Positions 21,833-34,288 of a stretch of 38,145 bases of DNA are shown one piece after another. The stretch spans positions 53,979,969-54,018,113 of the forward strand of contig NC_068982.1 in NCBI RefSeq assembly GCF_001194135.2. The letters run 5' to 3'. The position numbers and the translations under genes were made by a program. The stretch comes from Octopus bimaculoides (Eukaryota). The notes under the pieces are model-generated. The model made no database searches and was not told where the DNA came from. It saw only the letters and a list, made by a program, of their open reading frames with translations. The number at the start of each line of letters is the position of its first letter. The stretch's first letter is position 1.

Positions 21833-22640
21833 CACTAAAACTTATGTGTACAATTATACATCATGTGGTTTATAGTTTTTTTGACAAGCATATCACGGAA
21901 ACAAACAGAGTAGCCAATCCTAAGTGGTACAGTCACGGGAATTTTACAGTCATATGACTGTCTCTGAGTTTTATCATCATCTGAATCACTATATGTCTCT
22001 AAATGTGCAAACTGATCCAGCCTGTTTCAAAGTAAATTCAACACCACCCAAAAGATTTTAGCGTTAAGATTTTTATTCATCCAGTTAAGAAATAATGTTG
22101 AACTTCTCAAGCATGTAAAACAAATCGAAAAAATGTATAGGGTGTATAACTTGATCTGAGTATGCATGCACGTGATATCTATATTGTATATGTATATGTG
22201 TATGTGTGGATAATTTTATCCAAATAAGTAAACAGATACGGAATATTGGGTTTCACATGCGCTATTTTGTGCATATGTGGTATTTGTTTGCGTTTATAAG
22301 TATATGCATATGTATGTGTGCATGTGTGTATACTTGTATGTATCTATCAATATATATGTGTTCATACGTACTGCATAGGCGTGTCGTTAAAAATGTCTTG
22401 CAACTACGTTGTACTGTTGTATGCAAGTGTGTGCGTGTGTGAATGTGTGCGCGTGTGTGTGCATATGTGTGTGTGTGTTTTTTTGTGTGTGTGTGTATGT
22501 GTGCGTGAGTGTGTGTGTGTGTTTGCGTCTCTGAGTTTCAATTGTCAGATCCATCCGAGCGTTAAACACAATGTGTCACAGTATTTATTCCAGCATTTTG
22601 CGCCTTGGGTTCATATTTGTCTTAGCTTAGTGCTGGTACC

Positions 22641-22699
<59 letters not shown>

Positions 22700-22749
22700 N
22701 NNNNNNNNNNNNNNNNNNNNNNNNNNNNNNNNNNNNNNNNNNNNNNNNN

Positions 22750-22785
<36 letters not shown>

Positions 22786-23005
22786 GCTTTTTCTCCTTCT
22801 TTCTCATTTTCACATGCTAGATGTTCCTCGGATTCAGACTGAGAAGGTCATGAGACTGTTTGAGTCTGCTTGCGTTACAAATGCATAGTACCAACATTGA
22901 TTAGAGAAAGCCTAGAAGACTTACAAATAAATTATGTATCCATCTAGCCATACATATACATACATATGTGTGTGTATTTATTTGTGTGTGTGTGTGTGTA
23001 TGTGT

Positions 23006-23487
23006 GTGCAGGTGCGTGAGTGTGTAGTAAGAAGCTTGCTTCCCGACTACATGGTTCCAGGTTCAGTCTCACTGCGTGGCACTTTCGGCAAGAATCTTCT
23101 ACTATAGCCTAAAGAAGACCAAAGTGGATTTGGTAGACGGAAACTGAAAGAAGCCTGTCGTATACATATACATACATACATACATATATATATATGCATA
23201 TACACATGGCTGTGCTGTAAGAAGCTTGCTTCCTAGCCACATGGTACCCAGTTCAGTCCCACTGAAAGAAGCCCGTCGTATGTGTGTGTGTGTTTGTGTT
23301 TGTCCCTCCTCCACTGCATGACAACGGTCTTGGTGTTTTTACGTCCCCTTAACTTAGCGCTTCGGCAAAACAGACCGATAGAATAAGTACCAAGTACTGG
23401 GTCGATTCATTCGACTAAAAATTCCTTAAGGCGGTGCCCTAGCATGGCCGTAGTTTAATGACTGAAACAAGTAAAGGAAAAAAGATA
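23006..23487 (+). mobile_element. Two family 1 SINE pieces (5' half, then an internally deleted near-full copy)
   Basis: Head 23006-23160; second head from 23205 jumps from CAGTCCCACTG directly to AAAGAAGCCCGTCG; 3' half to 23487. Confidence 0.85.
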
Positions 23488-23777
23488 AATATGTGTGTCC
23501 ATAGGTATGTATATACTCTAATTCAATACCAGTTGTTTGCCTGTTTTTACTTTTATTCTATTATACATGTACCTGCTCAATTGAAAATCCGCAATAGCTG
23601 ATCGTCATTAGGGCAGCTTAACTTACCTGCTTCAGTTGCTGTTGAAGTTGGAGTTTTAAGTAGTGAGTCAACCTGAATACTAATCGCATGTACCTATTAC
23701 CTTTCGTTATTAGAGTAATATTATCTGAATTCTATACGTTTATGTGCGCGTATATATTTGTGTATGTGTGAGTGTAA

Positions 23778-23878
<101 letters not shown>

Positions 23879-23968
23879 CGCGAACAGATACATTGATTCT
23901 TACACATAATATACATTATATATACACACACACACATTCACGCACAAACATGTAGATTGGCGAGGGGA

Positions 23969-24022
<54 letters not shown>

Positions 24023-24227
24023 ATGCGTGTGTTTGTGTATGCGCGCGCGCGTGACAATGAATATTCCGTTGTTCGATCAACTAATCTACCGCTCATTGAA
24101 TCAGCGTTAAGTAGCTGAACATTTACGAAACATGTACAACGTCTGCATAATTCTTAAGCAGAATTAGCATTACTGAATGACCACACTTGACATTTAAATT
24201 ACATGTACAATCTGTTCGATAGGATCT

Positions 24228-24350
24228 CCCACAATTTTCACCCACCCAGTTTTATTCACAAGTTAGGGTTTACCCAAAGTTATAACTACAAAAAATTGTT
24301 CAAGGTACCACGCAGCGAGACTGAAAGAGGTATTTTTTGATTGGGAAACC
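24228..24350 (-). mobile_element. Family 1-like SINE head, old and degenerate
   Basis: TTCACAAG..TTCAAGGTACCACGCAGCGAGACTGAA. Confidence 0.55.
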
Positions 24351-24483
24351 AACGTTTAAACAAAGCATACATACTGCGTCCATATGTACATATGTATAAA
24401 AATGTCCAATATAGATGTACCTATACATACATACATAGAAACAAACGTACGTACGTACTTAAGTGCGTGCGTACGCTCAGTGT

Positions 24484-25908
24484 TACTGGAGACTTCAATA
24501 CAAAGAGGAAATGTAGGCTGGCTATATTTCCCACGCAAGGATGGTGGCTGTAGTGTTAAATCACTGTTGATGTCATTTGAAATACGTATTGTGACACTGT
24601 AGCAACATCTGCAGCAGAGGAAATAGGCTTGTAAGTATGAAGCCCAAGTTTGCAACTATAAAATCATCAACATAATTAGGATGGCTAATGAACTTGAGAA
24701 GAAAAATGAAATAAGAACCGCTGCAGATTTCCCAATGAGCATTGTTAAATTTTATTTATCAAAAGAACAAAATTTTTAAAAAATGCCCCAATTCATTGAA
24801 AAGCTAGTGCATGCGTACTTGACATGAAAGAAGCAAGTCATAAAAAGAACAAATGTTAAAATCTTGGTATGGAGTAACAACGAGTTTATGACATCCTATT
24901 TTGAAGGCTACCTCCATGCAATTCAAGAACGAGAGATCCTCACGAAGTACTTACATGGTAAGAGGCAAAAAACATTGGTAGACAACAAACGGAGGCTGGG
25001 AAAAATTAAGATTAAAAACATTATCCACATTATTGCCAACTGTAGAAGAATATTTTCTAGTCGTTACCTACTCATGGTGGAGTCGCAATGGCGCAGTGGT
25101 TAGGGCAGCGGACTCACTGTCATAGGATCGCGGTTTCGATTCCCAGACCGGGCGTTGTGAGTGTTTATTGAGCGAAAACACCTAAAGCTCCACGAAGCTC
25201 CGGCAGGGGATGGTGGCGAACCCTGCTGTACTCTTCCACCACAACTTTCTCTCACTCTTACTTCCAGTTTCTGTTGTGCCTGTAATTCAAAGGGTCAGCC
25301 ATATTACACTGTGTCACGCTGAATATCCCCGAGAACTACATTAAGGGTACACGTGTCTGTGGAGTGCTCAGCCACTTGCACGTTAATTTCACGAGCAGGC
25401 TGTTCCGTTGCTCGGATCAACTGGAACCCTCGACGTCGTAAGCGACGGAGTGCCAACAACCTACTCATGAGACATGATTCGATGACAAGAACAGTCTGTT
25501 GTAGGATAAGAAAAAAAAAGCACCAACATACGAAGTTGACTATATTCAGACTGATGACTCAAAAGAAAATTAATGAACTCTAAAATTAAACAGCTGAACA
25601 ACCGTCCAGCTATTGCTGTGTGGTAGCACTTGAAATAGATGTGACCTATTGTGAAAATCAGCTGCGTCTGGACCTCTGTGTGGCCCGAAAAGCATAGGAA
25701 AAAGAAAATATTTATGGGCCATTGATAAGGAGTTTGCAAATCTAGTACCCAAGATACACTTTCAGTTTCACCAAGGTGCCTGGAGCAAAGTATAGCTGAA
25801 CTTGTGTTCATAGGGAGAGAATGCAAAGCCTTAATTCATACGGTACGAATGATCACGATACCTGGGAAAATAATAATCTTCAAAAGCTTCTTCAGATTTA
25901 AGGGATGA
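24484..25908 (+). pseudogene. R4/Dong-like non-LTR retrotransposon ORF 3' part (post-RT region, CCHC finger, restriction-like endonuclease), decayed and interrupted by a SINE
   Basis: WLYFPRKDGGCSVKSL (RLYxPRxxGGRGL-like); FEGYLHAIQEREILTK; RLG..IIHIIANC..SSRYL|LMRHD (rejoined across the SINE); EKENIYGPL; C-terminus GRECKALIHTVRMITIPGKIIIFKSFFRFKG* (TGA 25906-08). Confidence 0.8.
25077..25458 (+). mobile_element. Family 3 tRNA-derived SINE, full length, with 11-bp TSD
   Basis: A/B-box head GCGCAGTGGTTAGG..GGTTTCGATTCCC; ends GGAGTGCCAACA; TSD ACCTACTCATG at 25066-25076 and 25459-25469. Confidence 0.95.
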
Positions 25909-26184
25909 TGAAAGAAAACACGATGGCTTCCTTCACAGCCTTGCTGCCAAGCAGGTGGCTGGTCAAAATTAAAAAGAAAAGGAAAAGTCATAAAAACATG
26001 TATTCGCGCGTGCATCCATATGCATGCATATAAATACATGTCAATGTGTATATATGAGTCTGTGTGTGCATGTGTGAATGTGTGTGTATGTGTGCGTGAG
26101 TGTGTGTATAAATATATCGGTACATGTGTGTGTATATATATATGCATATATAAATATGTAGCATTGTTTATATATATATATACT

Positions 26185-26560
26185 TTTTTACTCTTTTACT
26201 CTTTTACTTGTTTCAGTCATTTGACTGCGGCCATGCTGGAGCACCGCCTTTAGTCGAGCAAATTGACCCCAGGACATATTCTTTGGAAGCCTAGTACTTA
26301 TTCTATCGCTCTTTTGCCGAACCGCTAAGTTACGGGGACCTAAACACACCACCATCGGTTGTCAAGCGATGTTGGGGAGACAAACACAGACACATAAACA
26401 TATACATATATACGACGGGCTTCGTTCAGTTTCTGTCTACCAAATCCACTCACAAGGCTTTGGTCGGCCCAAGGCTGTAGTAGAAGACACTTGCCCAAGT
26501 GCCACGCACTGGGAATGAACCCGGAACCATGTGGTTGGTAAGCTAGCTACTTACCACACA
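26185..26560 (-). mobile_element. Family 1 SINE, full length
   Basis: Near-consensus head, internal TA/TG tract and 3' tail (GTAAAAGA)n. Confidence 0.92.
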
Positions 26561-26565
26561 CACAC

Positions 26566-26613
<48 letters not shown>

Positions 26614-26940
26614 TTCGCACATAAATATAAATATACATGTGTGTGCTTGCGCGCGCGTGTGAACATGTAGACGCAATTAAACAGCTGGATGAAAAACAAG
26701 TAATAATAAAATGTTAGGCGGAAAAGACGACTTAGATATAAATCTGTAAATTCAATCTGGCAGTTGAACGTAGAATAGAGATGTACACATGCATATTCAG
26801 AAACTGATGTACAGCTAGAATATCAACAATAACAATTGCAATATATAAAAAAAGCATCAATAACGAATAACAATAAAAATTATTTATGTTAACTATTTTC
26901 TATATAAAATGGATAATGATGCTGAAAGAAATAATAATAA

Positions 26941-27341
26941 TCCTTTTTTTTTTTTACTATAGGCACAAGGCCTGTAATTTGGGAGAAGGAGATGAGTCGA
27001 TTACATCGACCCCAATGCGTAACTGGTACTTAATTTATCTACCCTGAAAGGATGAAAGGCAAAGTCGACCCCGCCGGTGGTATTTGAACTCAGAACATGG
27101 AGACAGACGAAATACCACTAAGCATTTTGCCCGGCGCGTTAACGATTCTGCTCGTTCGCCGCCTTTAAAATTAATCCATTCTACTATAGCCACAATGCCT
27201 GAAATTGTGGAGATGGAAGACTCCAGTACTCGAAAGAATGAAAGGCAAATTCTCGGCGGAATTTGAACTCAGAGCGTAGCGACGAACGATAAGCCGCTAG
27301 GCATTTCCCCCGGCGTGCTAACGATCCTGATAGCTCGCTGC

Positions 27342-27399
<58 letters not shown>

Positions 27400-27598
27400 T
27401 CCTTTCTACTATAGCCACGATGCCTGAAATTTTGGAAAGGAATGACTCCAGTACTCAGCTGCTTCTTAATTTATCGACCCCAAAAGAATGAAAGGTAAAG
27501 TCGTTCTCGGTAGAATTTGAACTCAGAACGTAGCGAGGGACGAAATACCGCTAAGCATTTTGTCCAGTGTGCTAACGATTCTGCCAGCTCGCCGCCTT
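26941..27598 (-). mobile_element. Cluster of three family 2 SINEs around a (TAA)n tract
   Basis: Copies at 26941-27165, 27176-27343 and 27398-27598; (TAA)n at 27344-27396. Confidence 0.9.
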
Positions 27599-27675
27599 AA
27601 TAATAAAGAAATAATAAGAATAAATATTATCATTATTGTCGTCAGCATCTTCATCATTATCACCATAAGCTCTCT

Positions 27676-27930
27676 TTACAACCACGTGGTTTCATGCTCA
27701 GTACTTCTGCGCCGGAACTTCGACAAGCGACTTTGTGTTTGTACCGCACCAAACACTTGGCAACTGGTGTTGCCTTGTTTGTATATCCGTAACTTACCGG
27801 ATCGGCAAAAAGAGACAATTAGAATACGTACCATAATTTACAAAATAAGTGCTGGAGTCAATTTGTTCAACTAAACCCTTCAAGACGGTGCCCCAGCATG
27901 GCCGCAGGCCAGTGATTGAAACAAGAAAAA
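27676..27930 (+). mobile_element. Family 1 SINE, degenerate
   Basis: CAACCACGTGGTTTC..GTAACTTACCGGATCGGCAAAAAGAG..GGTGCCCCAGCATGGCCGCAG. Confidence 0.75.
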
Positions 27931-27951
27931 TACAAATAATGAAAATTATTA

Positions 27952-28068
27952 TTATTTGCGCTTTAGCGAAAGTAGAAGTATTGTTTTCAGTCGTGTTTGT
28001 TTGTTTGTCCGTGGACAAAATATCACAAGAACCACTGGATGGATTCGGATGAAACTTTCATGGATGTT
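27952..28068 (+). mobile_element. Possible Helentron-associated non-autonomous element (HINE/DINE-1-like) 5' end
   Basis: TTATT start, short hairpin CTTT-AGCG-AAAG, (GTTT)n tract, then ACCACTGGATGGATTCGGATGAAACTTT, a layout typical of HINE/DINE-like elements; cut by a gap. Confidence 0.5.
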
Positions 28069-28090
28069 NNNNNNNNNNATATACATATAT

Positions 28091-28256
28091 ACGATGGGCT
28101 TCTTTCAGTTTCCGTCTACCAAATCCACTCACAAGGCTTTGGTCGGCCCGAGGCTATAGTGGAAGACACCTGACCAAGGTGCCAGGCAGTGAGACTGAAC
28201 CCTGAACCATGTGGTTCGTAAGCAAGCTACTTACCACACAGCCACTCCTACGCCTC
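28091..28256 (-). mobile_element. Family 1 SINE, 5' half
   Basis: Near consensus: CCAAATCCACTCACAAGGCTTTGGTCGGCCCGAGGCTATAG..CTTACCACACAGCCACTCC. Confidence 0.9.
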
Positions 28257-28371
28257 CTATGCTCATTTTAAAAATCATCTCTGGCTAATCGTTGAGAGGA
28301 CGTTGGTGTTGTCTTGGCAGAGGATTGCGCTCTCTAAGTACTCTTGTTGTTATTACTATTGACACGTCGGA

Positions 28372-28767
28372 CAAAATGCTTCGAGACATTTCATCCGTCT
28401 TTACGTTCTGAGTTCAAATTCCCCCGAGGTAAACTTTGCCTTTCATCCTTTCGGGATCAATGAAATAGCAACCAGTCGAACACTGGGGTCGATGTAATTG
28501 AATTGCTCTTCCTTGAAAAATTTCTGGCTTTTGTTCCTATATTAGAATCGTTAGCATGCCGGACGAAATGCCTAGCGGTATTTTGTCCGTCTTTACGTTC
28601 GGAGTTCAAATTCCGCCGAGGTCAACATTGACTTTCATACTTTCGGGGTCGATAAAGTAAGTACAAGTGGAGTACTGGGATCAACGTAATCGACTAGTCC
28701 CTCCCTCAAAATTTCAGGCCTTGTACCTTTAGTAGAAAGGATTATTATTATTATTATTATTATTATT

Positions 28768-28800
<33 letters not shown>

Positions 28801-29007
28801 ATTAAGGCGGCGAGCTGGCAGAATCGTTAGCACGCCGGACGAAATGCGTAGCGGTATTTCGTCCGTCTTTACCTTCTGAGTTTAAATTCTGCCGAGGTCG
28901 ACTTTGCCTTTCATCATTTCGGAGTCGATAAATTAAGTACCAGTTGTGTACTGGGGTCAACTGGCCACCTCCCCACAAAATTTCGGGCCTTGTGCCTAGA
29001 GTAAAAA

Positions 29008-29070
<63 letters not shown>
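28372..29070 (+). mobile_element. Cluster of three family 2 SINEs with (ATT)n/(GTT)n tails
   Basis: Copies at ~28372-28545, 28546-28740 and 28804-29010; (ATT)n 28741-28770, (GTT)n 28771-28800, (ATT)n 29009-29070. Confidence 0.9.
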
Positions 29071-29072
<2 letters not shown>

Positions 29073-29404
29073 GAAAATGTGGTCAGTGGCAAAAGTAAAC
29101 ATAGAGAAACATACCCCGTGGGACAGCTCTAAATATTCAAGTGGAAGTGAGGTGCAATGAAAAACCATTGCCTGCTTTTACTTACATACCCGGGGTACGT
29201 TTCATACTTGATAGAATTTCTGTGAGAGATTTTTGTTCTTCCCATATCAATCCAGTACAGTAACACTACCAAACATCTTCTCTTACCATTCTTCTCTGTT
29301 CAGATTAGAGGAACTGATGACCACCCAAGAAGTTGAATAAAATATTTTCTTTCAAAAACTATCTTTCTCTTTCTTTCTCTCACTCCCGCTTCCTCTTTCA
29401 ATCC

Positions 29405-29435
<31 letters not shown>

Positions 29436-29721
29436 TGCTCACTTCCACATTTTCACTCTATTCTTTGTTTTCTCTTCCTATTTATTCATTTATTTAATAT
29501 TTACACAGTCATTACAGTGACGACAGCGTTATAATTTTTTTCTTCCAGAACAACTGGACATACACATCATTGTCCAATACTATCTTCTCTATATGATACC
29601 ATTCCAATATATATATCTATATATCCCATTTTTGTGGGAAATTACGTATAAGTGTGTGTGCTGTGTGTATGTACTGTAAGTATATACGTATACATATGTA
29701 TGCATATAAATATATATATAT

Positions 29722-29790
<69 letters not shown>

Positions 29791-29851
29791 TACATACATA
29801 CATACATACATACAAACATACATACACAAATGCACATATACAGATACACAC

Positions 29852-30238
29852 GTTGTTGTTGGCACTCCGTCGCTTACGACGACGAGGGTTCCAGTTGATC
29901 CGATCAACGGAACAGCCTGCTCGTGAATTTAACGTGCAAGTGGCTGAGCACTCCAAAGACGCGTGTACCCTTAACGTAGTTCTCGGGTATATTCAGCGTG
30001 ACACAGTGTGACAAGGCTGACCCTTTGAATTACAGGCACAACAGAAACAGGAAGAAGGAGTGAGAGAAAGTTGTGGTGGAAGAGTACAGCAGGGTTCGCC
30101 ACCACCCCCTGCCGGAGCCTCGTGGAGCTTCAGGTATTTTCGCTCGATCAACACTCACAACGCCCGGTCTGGGAATCGAAACCGCGATCCTATGACCGCG
30201 AGTCCGCTGCCCTAACCACTGGGCCATTGCGCCTCCAC
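29852..30238 (-). mobile_element. Family 3 SINE, full length
   Basis: Reverse complement is collinear with 25077-25458; (CAA)n tail. Confidence 0.95.
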
Positions 30239-30664
30239 ACATATACACATACATACATACATATAGACAAGCAAACAGACAGACAGACAGACAGACAGAA
30301 TTCGTCGGCTCTAATATTGAAAACAGTGAATAAAACGTCTCAACTGCGTATACTGGATTTTTATTCAGCCGGGCGAGTATTCGCAACGCCAATGAATTTT
30401 TTATTCACCTTTCCTTATTTCATTGGCGACGAATTCTCGTCCGAAGTGCGACTGACTGCGAGTAAGGGCCGTTGAAATGGCCTGAAATGTCTGAAATGCA
30501 TCTGGTGTTCTTAGCAACTGCTACTGAGGTAAATTTTCGTCTTTCTCCGAAATATGTCAATAAGATATATTCTCTAAGGACACATACTGCAGTAACTGGC
30601 TTATCGATTGATGGTATACATTAAGTATGATATATATATGATTATATATATGTGTGGCTGTGTA

Positions 30665-30932
30665 GGCGCAGGAGTGGCTGTGTGATAAGTAGCTTGCTTA
30701 CCAACCACATGGTTTCGGTTTCAGTCCCACTGCGTGGCACCTTGGGCAAGTGTCTTCTACTATAGCCTCGGGCCGACCAAAGTCTTGTGAGTGGATTTGG
30801 TAGACGGAAACTGAAAGAAGCCCGTCGTATATATGTATATGTATATATATATATGTGTGTGTTTGTGTGTCTGTCCCCCCAACATCGCTTGACAAACGAT
30901 GGTGGTGTGTTTACGTCCCGTAACTTAGCGGT
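30665..30932 (+). mobile_element. Family 1 SINE, 3'-truncated
   Basis: GGCGCAGGAGTGGCTGTGTG..CACCTTGGGCAAGTGTCTTCTACTATAGCCTCGGGC; stops at GTAACTTAGCGG. Confidence 0.92.
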
Positions 30933-30956
30933 ATATGTATGTATGTATATATGTAT

Positions 30957-31203
30957 GTGAAGACGCGTGGTTTAATGGTTTGGGTGATAGACTCATGATT
31001 GTAAGATTGTGGTTTCAATTCCTGCACCGGGCAGTGCGTTGTGTTCTTGAGCAAAATACTTATTTTCACGTTGCTCCAGTTTACTCAGCTGGCAAAAAGG
31101 AGTAATCCTACGACGGACCGGCGTCCCGTCCAGGTGGAGAATTCATACGTCATGGAAACCGGGAAACCGGCCCTTATGAGTCGGCGTGACTCGAGAAGGT
31201 TAC
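30957..31203 (+). mobile_element. V-domain SINE (family 4) with RTE-like 3' tail
   Basis: GCGTTGTGTTCTTGAGCAAAATACTT..GACGGACCGGCGTCCCGTCCAGG..GGAAACCGGGAAACCGGCCCTTATGAGTCGGCGTGACTCGAG. Confidence 0.75.
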
Positions 31204-31813
31204 CTTTATATACATGTATATATATATCTATATATATGTGTGTGTGTACACCTACGTATATATTTATATTAAATATATATGTATATTTTAGTATATATAT
31301 GCGCATGTATATACGTATGTGTGTATGTATATATATACATACAGAGAGAGACAGAGAGAGGGAGTGAGAGAGAGGGGGAGAGAAGAAAGGATAGAGAATA
31401 AAAGAGAGTGTATATATATTAACGATGTAGTTTTATTCAAAATAAGGTCCACTCTAATCAAACGCCGAATAGTAAAATAACACCAGACCTAAAAAGAAAC
31501 CCCGATTCAACAAACTATGAAACGTTATATATATCATAACGCATTCAACATTACTAGACAATGACGGATTCTCCACATGGTTTGATAATCTGTTTGAAGT
31601 TGAAGAAATATCTCCTTCAAATCAGATCCCGCCATCTTAAAGGCTATACTGGAACAAAGACTGATTTGTACGGCATGCGGGGGTTGACAACAATAACAGC
31701 AACAACATTCAATGCTGAAGGAACAAACAACAACTCCACAGTATCATCACTTTTGGCCTGTTCATAAATCTTTCATATATCTACGGCCTTTTCGGGGTAC
31801 TGCACACACACAC

Positions 31814-31848
<35 letters not shown>

Positions 31849-31926
31849 TACACATACACACACACACACACATACACACACATACACACACACACACATA
31901 CACACACACACATATAATGATATATA

Positions 31927-32222
31927 TCTCATGTTATTGACCAGAGTATCGGATGTTGTTCTACATCGCTGGTCACAATGCGCTTCGCATTGTTTCAACT
32001 TTCGAATGGTGCCATCCCGCTGGCTAGACAAGCGGACGAACATTCTCCCTGATCAGAAGGCTATGCCGTCAGAGGGTCACCCATTTACAGATAGCTGGAC
32101 TGGAACAACGGGAAATGAAGTGTTTTGCTCAAGAACACAATGCGTCGTCCGGTCCGGGACTCGAACCCGCCATCTGGTGACTGTGAATGAAATATCTTAA
32201 CCACTAGGCCCTGCATCTTCAC
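31927..32222 (-). mobile_element. SINE with V-like head and a different tail (family 5)
   Basis: Minus strand: CCTAGTGGTTAAG..GGTTCGAGTCCC..GCATTGTGTTCTTGAGCAAAACACTTCATTTC..GCGCATTGTGACCAGCGATGTAG. Confidence 0.8.
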
Positions 32223-32497
32223 ACACACAAACACACACTACACACATATATACACGCTCAGGCACGTAAATGTTAACATACATGTCGTATGTGTGTGTGT
32301 ATGCATACATATACATACGCCACCCGTTCAGATCAGAAGACTATTCCGTCACAGGGTTACTCATTTACAGAGAGCTGGACTGGAACAACGTGAAATGAAG
32401 TGTTTTGCTCAAGAACACAATGCGTCGTCGGGTCCGGGACTCGAACCTGTCATCTGGTGACTGTGAATGAAATATCTTAACCACTAGGACATGCAGC

Positions 32498-32546
<49 letters not shown>

Positions 32547-32638
32547 ACCACACACATATATATATACGCTCAGGCATGTAAATGTTCACATACATACATG
32601 TCGTATGCGTGTGTGTGTGTGTGCATACATATACATAC
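32051..32638. repeat. Local tandem duplication, period 280 bp
   Basis: GATCAGAAG at 32051 and 32331; each unit holds a SINE head plus the flanking ACGCTCAGGCA..GTAAATGTT..GTCGTATG sequence. Confidence 0.9.
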
Positions 32639-32728
32639 ATATATATATATATGTATGCATATAAACTTATATAAACGTTTATATATATATAAATATATAT
32701 ATATATATACACACATACATACATAAAA

Positions 32729-32759
<31 letters not shown>

Positions 32760-32775
32760 CATACATATACGTACA

Positions 32776-32813
<38 letters not shown>

Positions 32814-33213
32814 NNNNNNNNNNNNNNNNNNNNNNNNNNNNNNNNNNNNNNNNNNNNNNNNNNNNNNNNNNNNNNNNNNNNNNNNNNNNNNNNNNNNNNN
32901 NNNNNNNNNNNNNNNNNNNNNNNNNNNNNNNNNNNNNNNNNNNNNNNNNNNNNNNNNNNNNNNNNNNNNNNNNNNNNNNNNNNNNNNNNNNNNNNNNNNN
33001 NNNNNNNNNNNNNNNNNNNNNNNNNNNNNNNNNNNNNNNNNNNNNNNNNNNNNNNNNNNNNNNNNNNNNNNNNNNNNNNNNNNNNNNNNNNNNNNNNNNN
33101 NNNNNNNNNNNNNNNNNNNNNNNNNNNNNNNNNNNNNNNNNNNNNNNNNNNNNNNNNNNNNNNNNNNNNNNNNNNNNNNNNNNNNNNNNNNNNNNNNNNN
33201 NNNNNNNNNNNNN

Positions 33214-33264
<51 letters not shown>

Positions 33265-33304
33265 ACGCGTACACGACGTGCTTCCTTATAGTTTACGCTC
33301 CTCT

Positions 33305-33425
33305 GCAAAATTTGCTCAGAAGGTCTTGGTCACCTCGGAGTTATAGTAGAATGTGTTTTTCGCGTTGTTGGGTTGAACCCGAAACCGTATAGTTGCAAAG
33401 CATATTTTGTACACCACACGGCCAT
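33305..33425 (-). mobile_element. Family 1 SINE head, highly degenerate
   Basis: GGTCTTGGTCACCTCGGAGTTATAGTAGAA..GGTTGAACCCGAAACC..CACCACACGGCCA. Confidence 0.55.
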
Positions 33426-34234
33426 CTCTGAAATCCTTATGATCATAGGAATGCTGGATTAGGATTGATCAGGAACAGAACAATAAAAGGGAAAAATCTA
33501 GATAAGAATACCAAAAAGATAATTACAAAAATGCTTCAGAGTGTTATTGACATAAGCTTTGAAATATTGCAGGCATTTTGTGTCATGAATCAAATGCTGT
33601 AAGAGAGTGACGGATTAGATTTCTCACAGCCGTGGCAGTTTCTCGCATGGCCTTCGATTGCAATTAGTCAATCAGAATGTCACGTTAAGCAACACATGAC
33701 AAAGTGCTGATTGAATCAACTGATACAGAGTTAAGTGTTAGATGTGTTCGCTCGACAAGCTAAACTTAGCAACCGTCTTCTTCGCAAATCACACATTTAA
33801 AAACACGCAGGATAAATGTAGTTATGGATAAAAGGTAACCGCAAAAATAAAGCGGTTTGGTTATTGTGGATTGACTTTGATCATAGTTACAAATGCAAAG
33901 GAATAAACGCATCTTGTTATTCAGTGTGAAACACGAATCAGTATAGACATACATACATACATACATACATACATACACACACACACATATACATACAGTC
34001 ATATTTACAAACAATACATGCATATATATANNNNNNNNNNNNNNNNNNNNNNNNNNNNNNNNNNNNNNNNNNNNNNNNNNNNNNNNNNNNNNNNNNNNNN
34101 NNNNNNNNNNNNNNNNNNNNNNNNNNNNNNNNNNNNNNNNNNNNNNNNNNNNNNNNNNNNNNNNNNNNNNNNNNNNNNNNNNNNNNNNNNNNNNNNNNNN
34201 NNNNNNNNNNNNNNNNNNNNNNNNNNNNNNNNNN

Positions 34235-34285
<51 letters not shown>

Positions 34286-34288
<3 letters not shown>

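Noticed and set aside
25077-25150. tRNA-like A/B boxes here and in other SINE heads
   Set aside because: They are embedded in dispersed SINE bodies with tails and TSDs and lack a complete cloverleaf, so they are not called as tRNA genes.
31534-31638. Minus-strand AAGATGGCG (Kozak/YY1-like) start giving MAGSDLKEIFLQLQTDYQTMWRIRHCLVMLNAL*
   Set aside because: Only 33 codons with no convincing donor site. The opposite strand gives an equally plausible short frame (DNDGFSTWFDNLFEVEEISPS), so it is unresolved.
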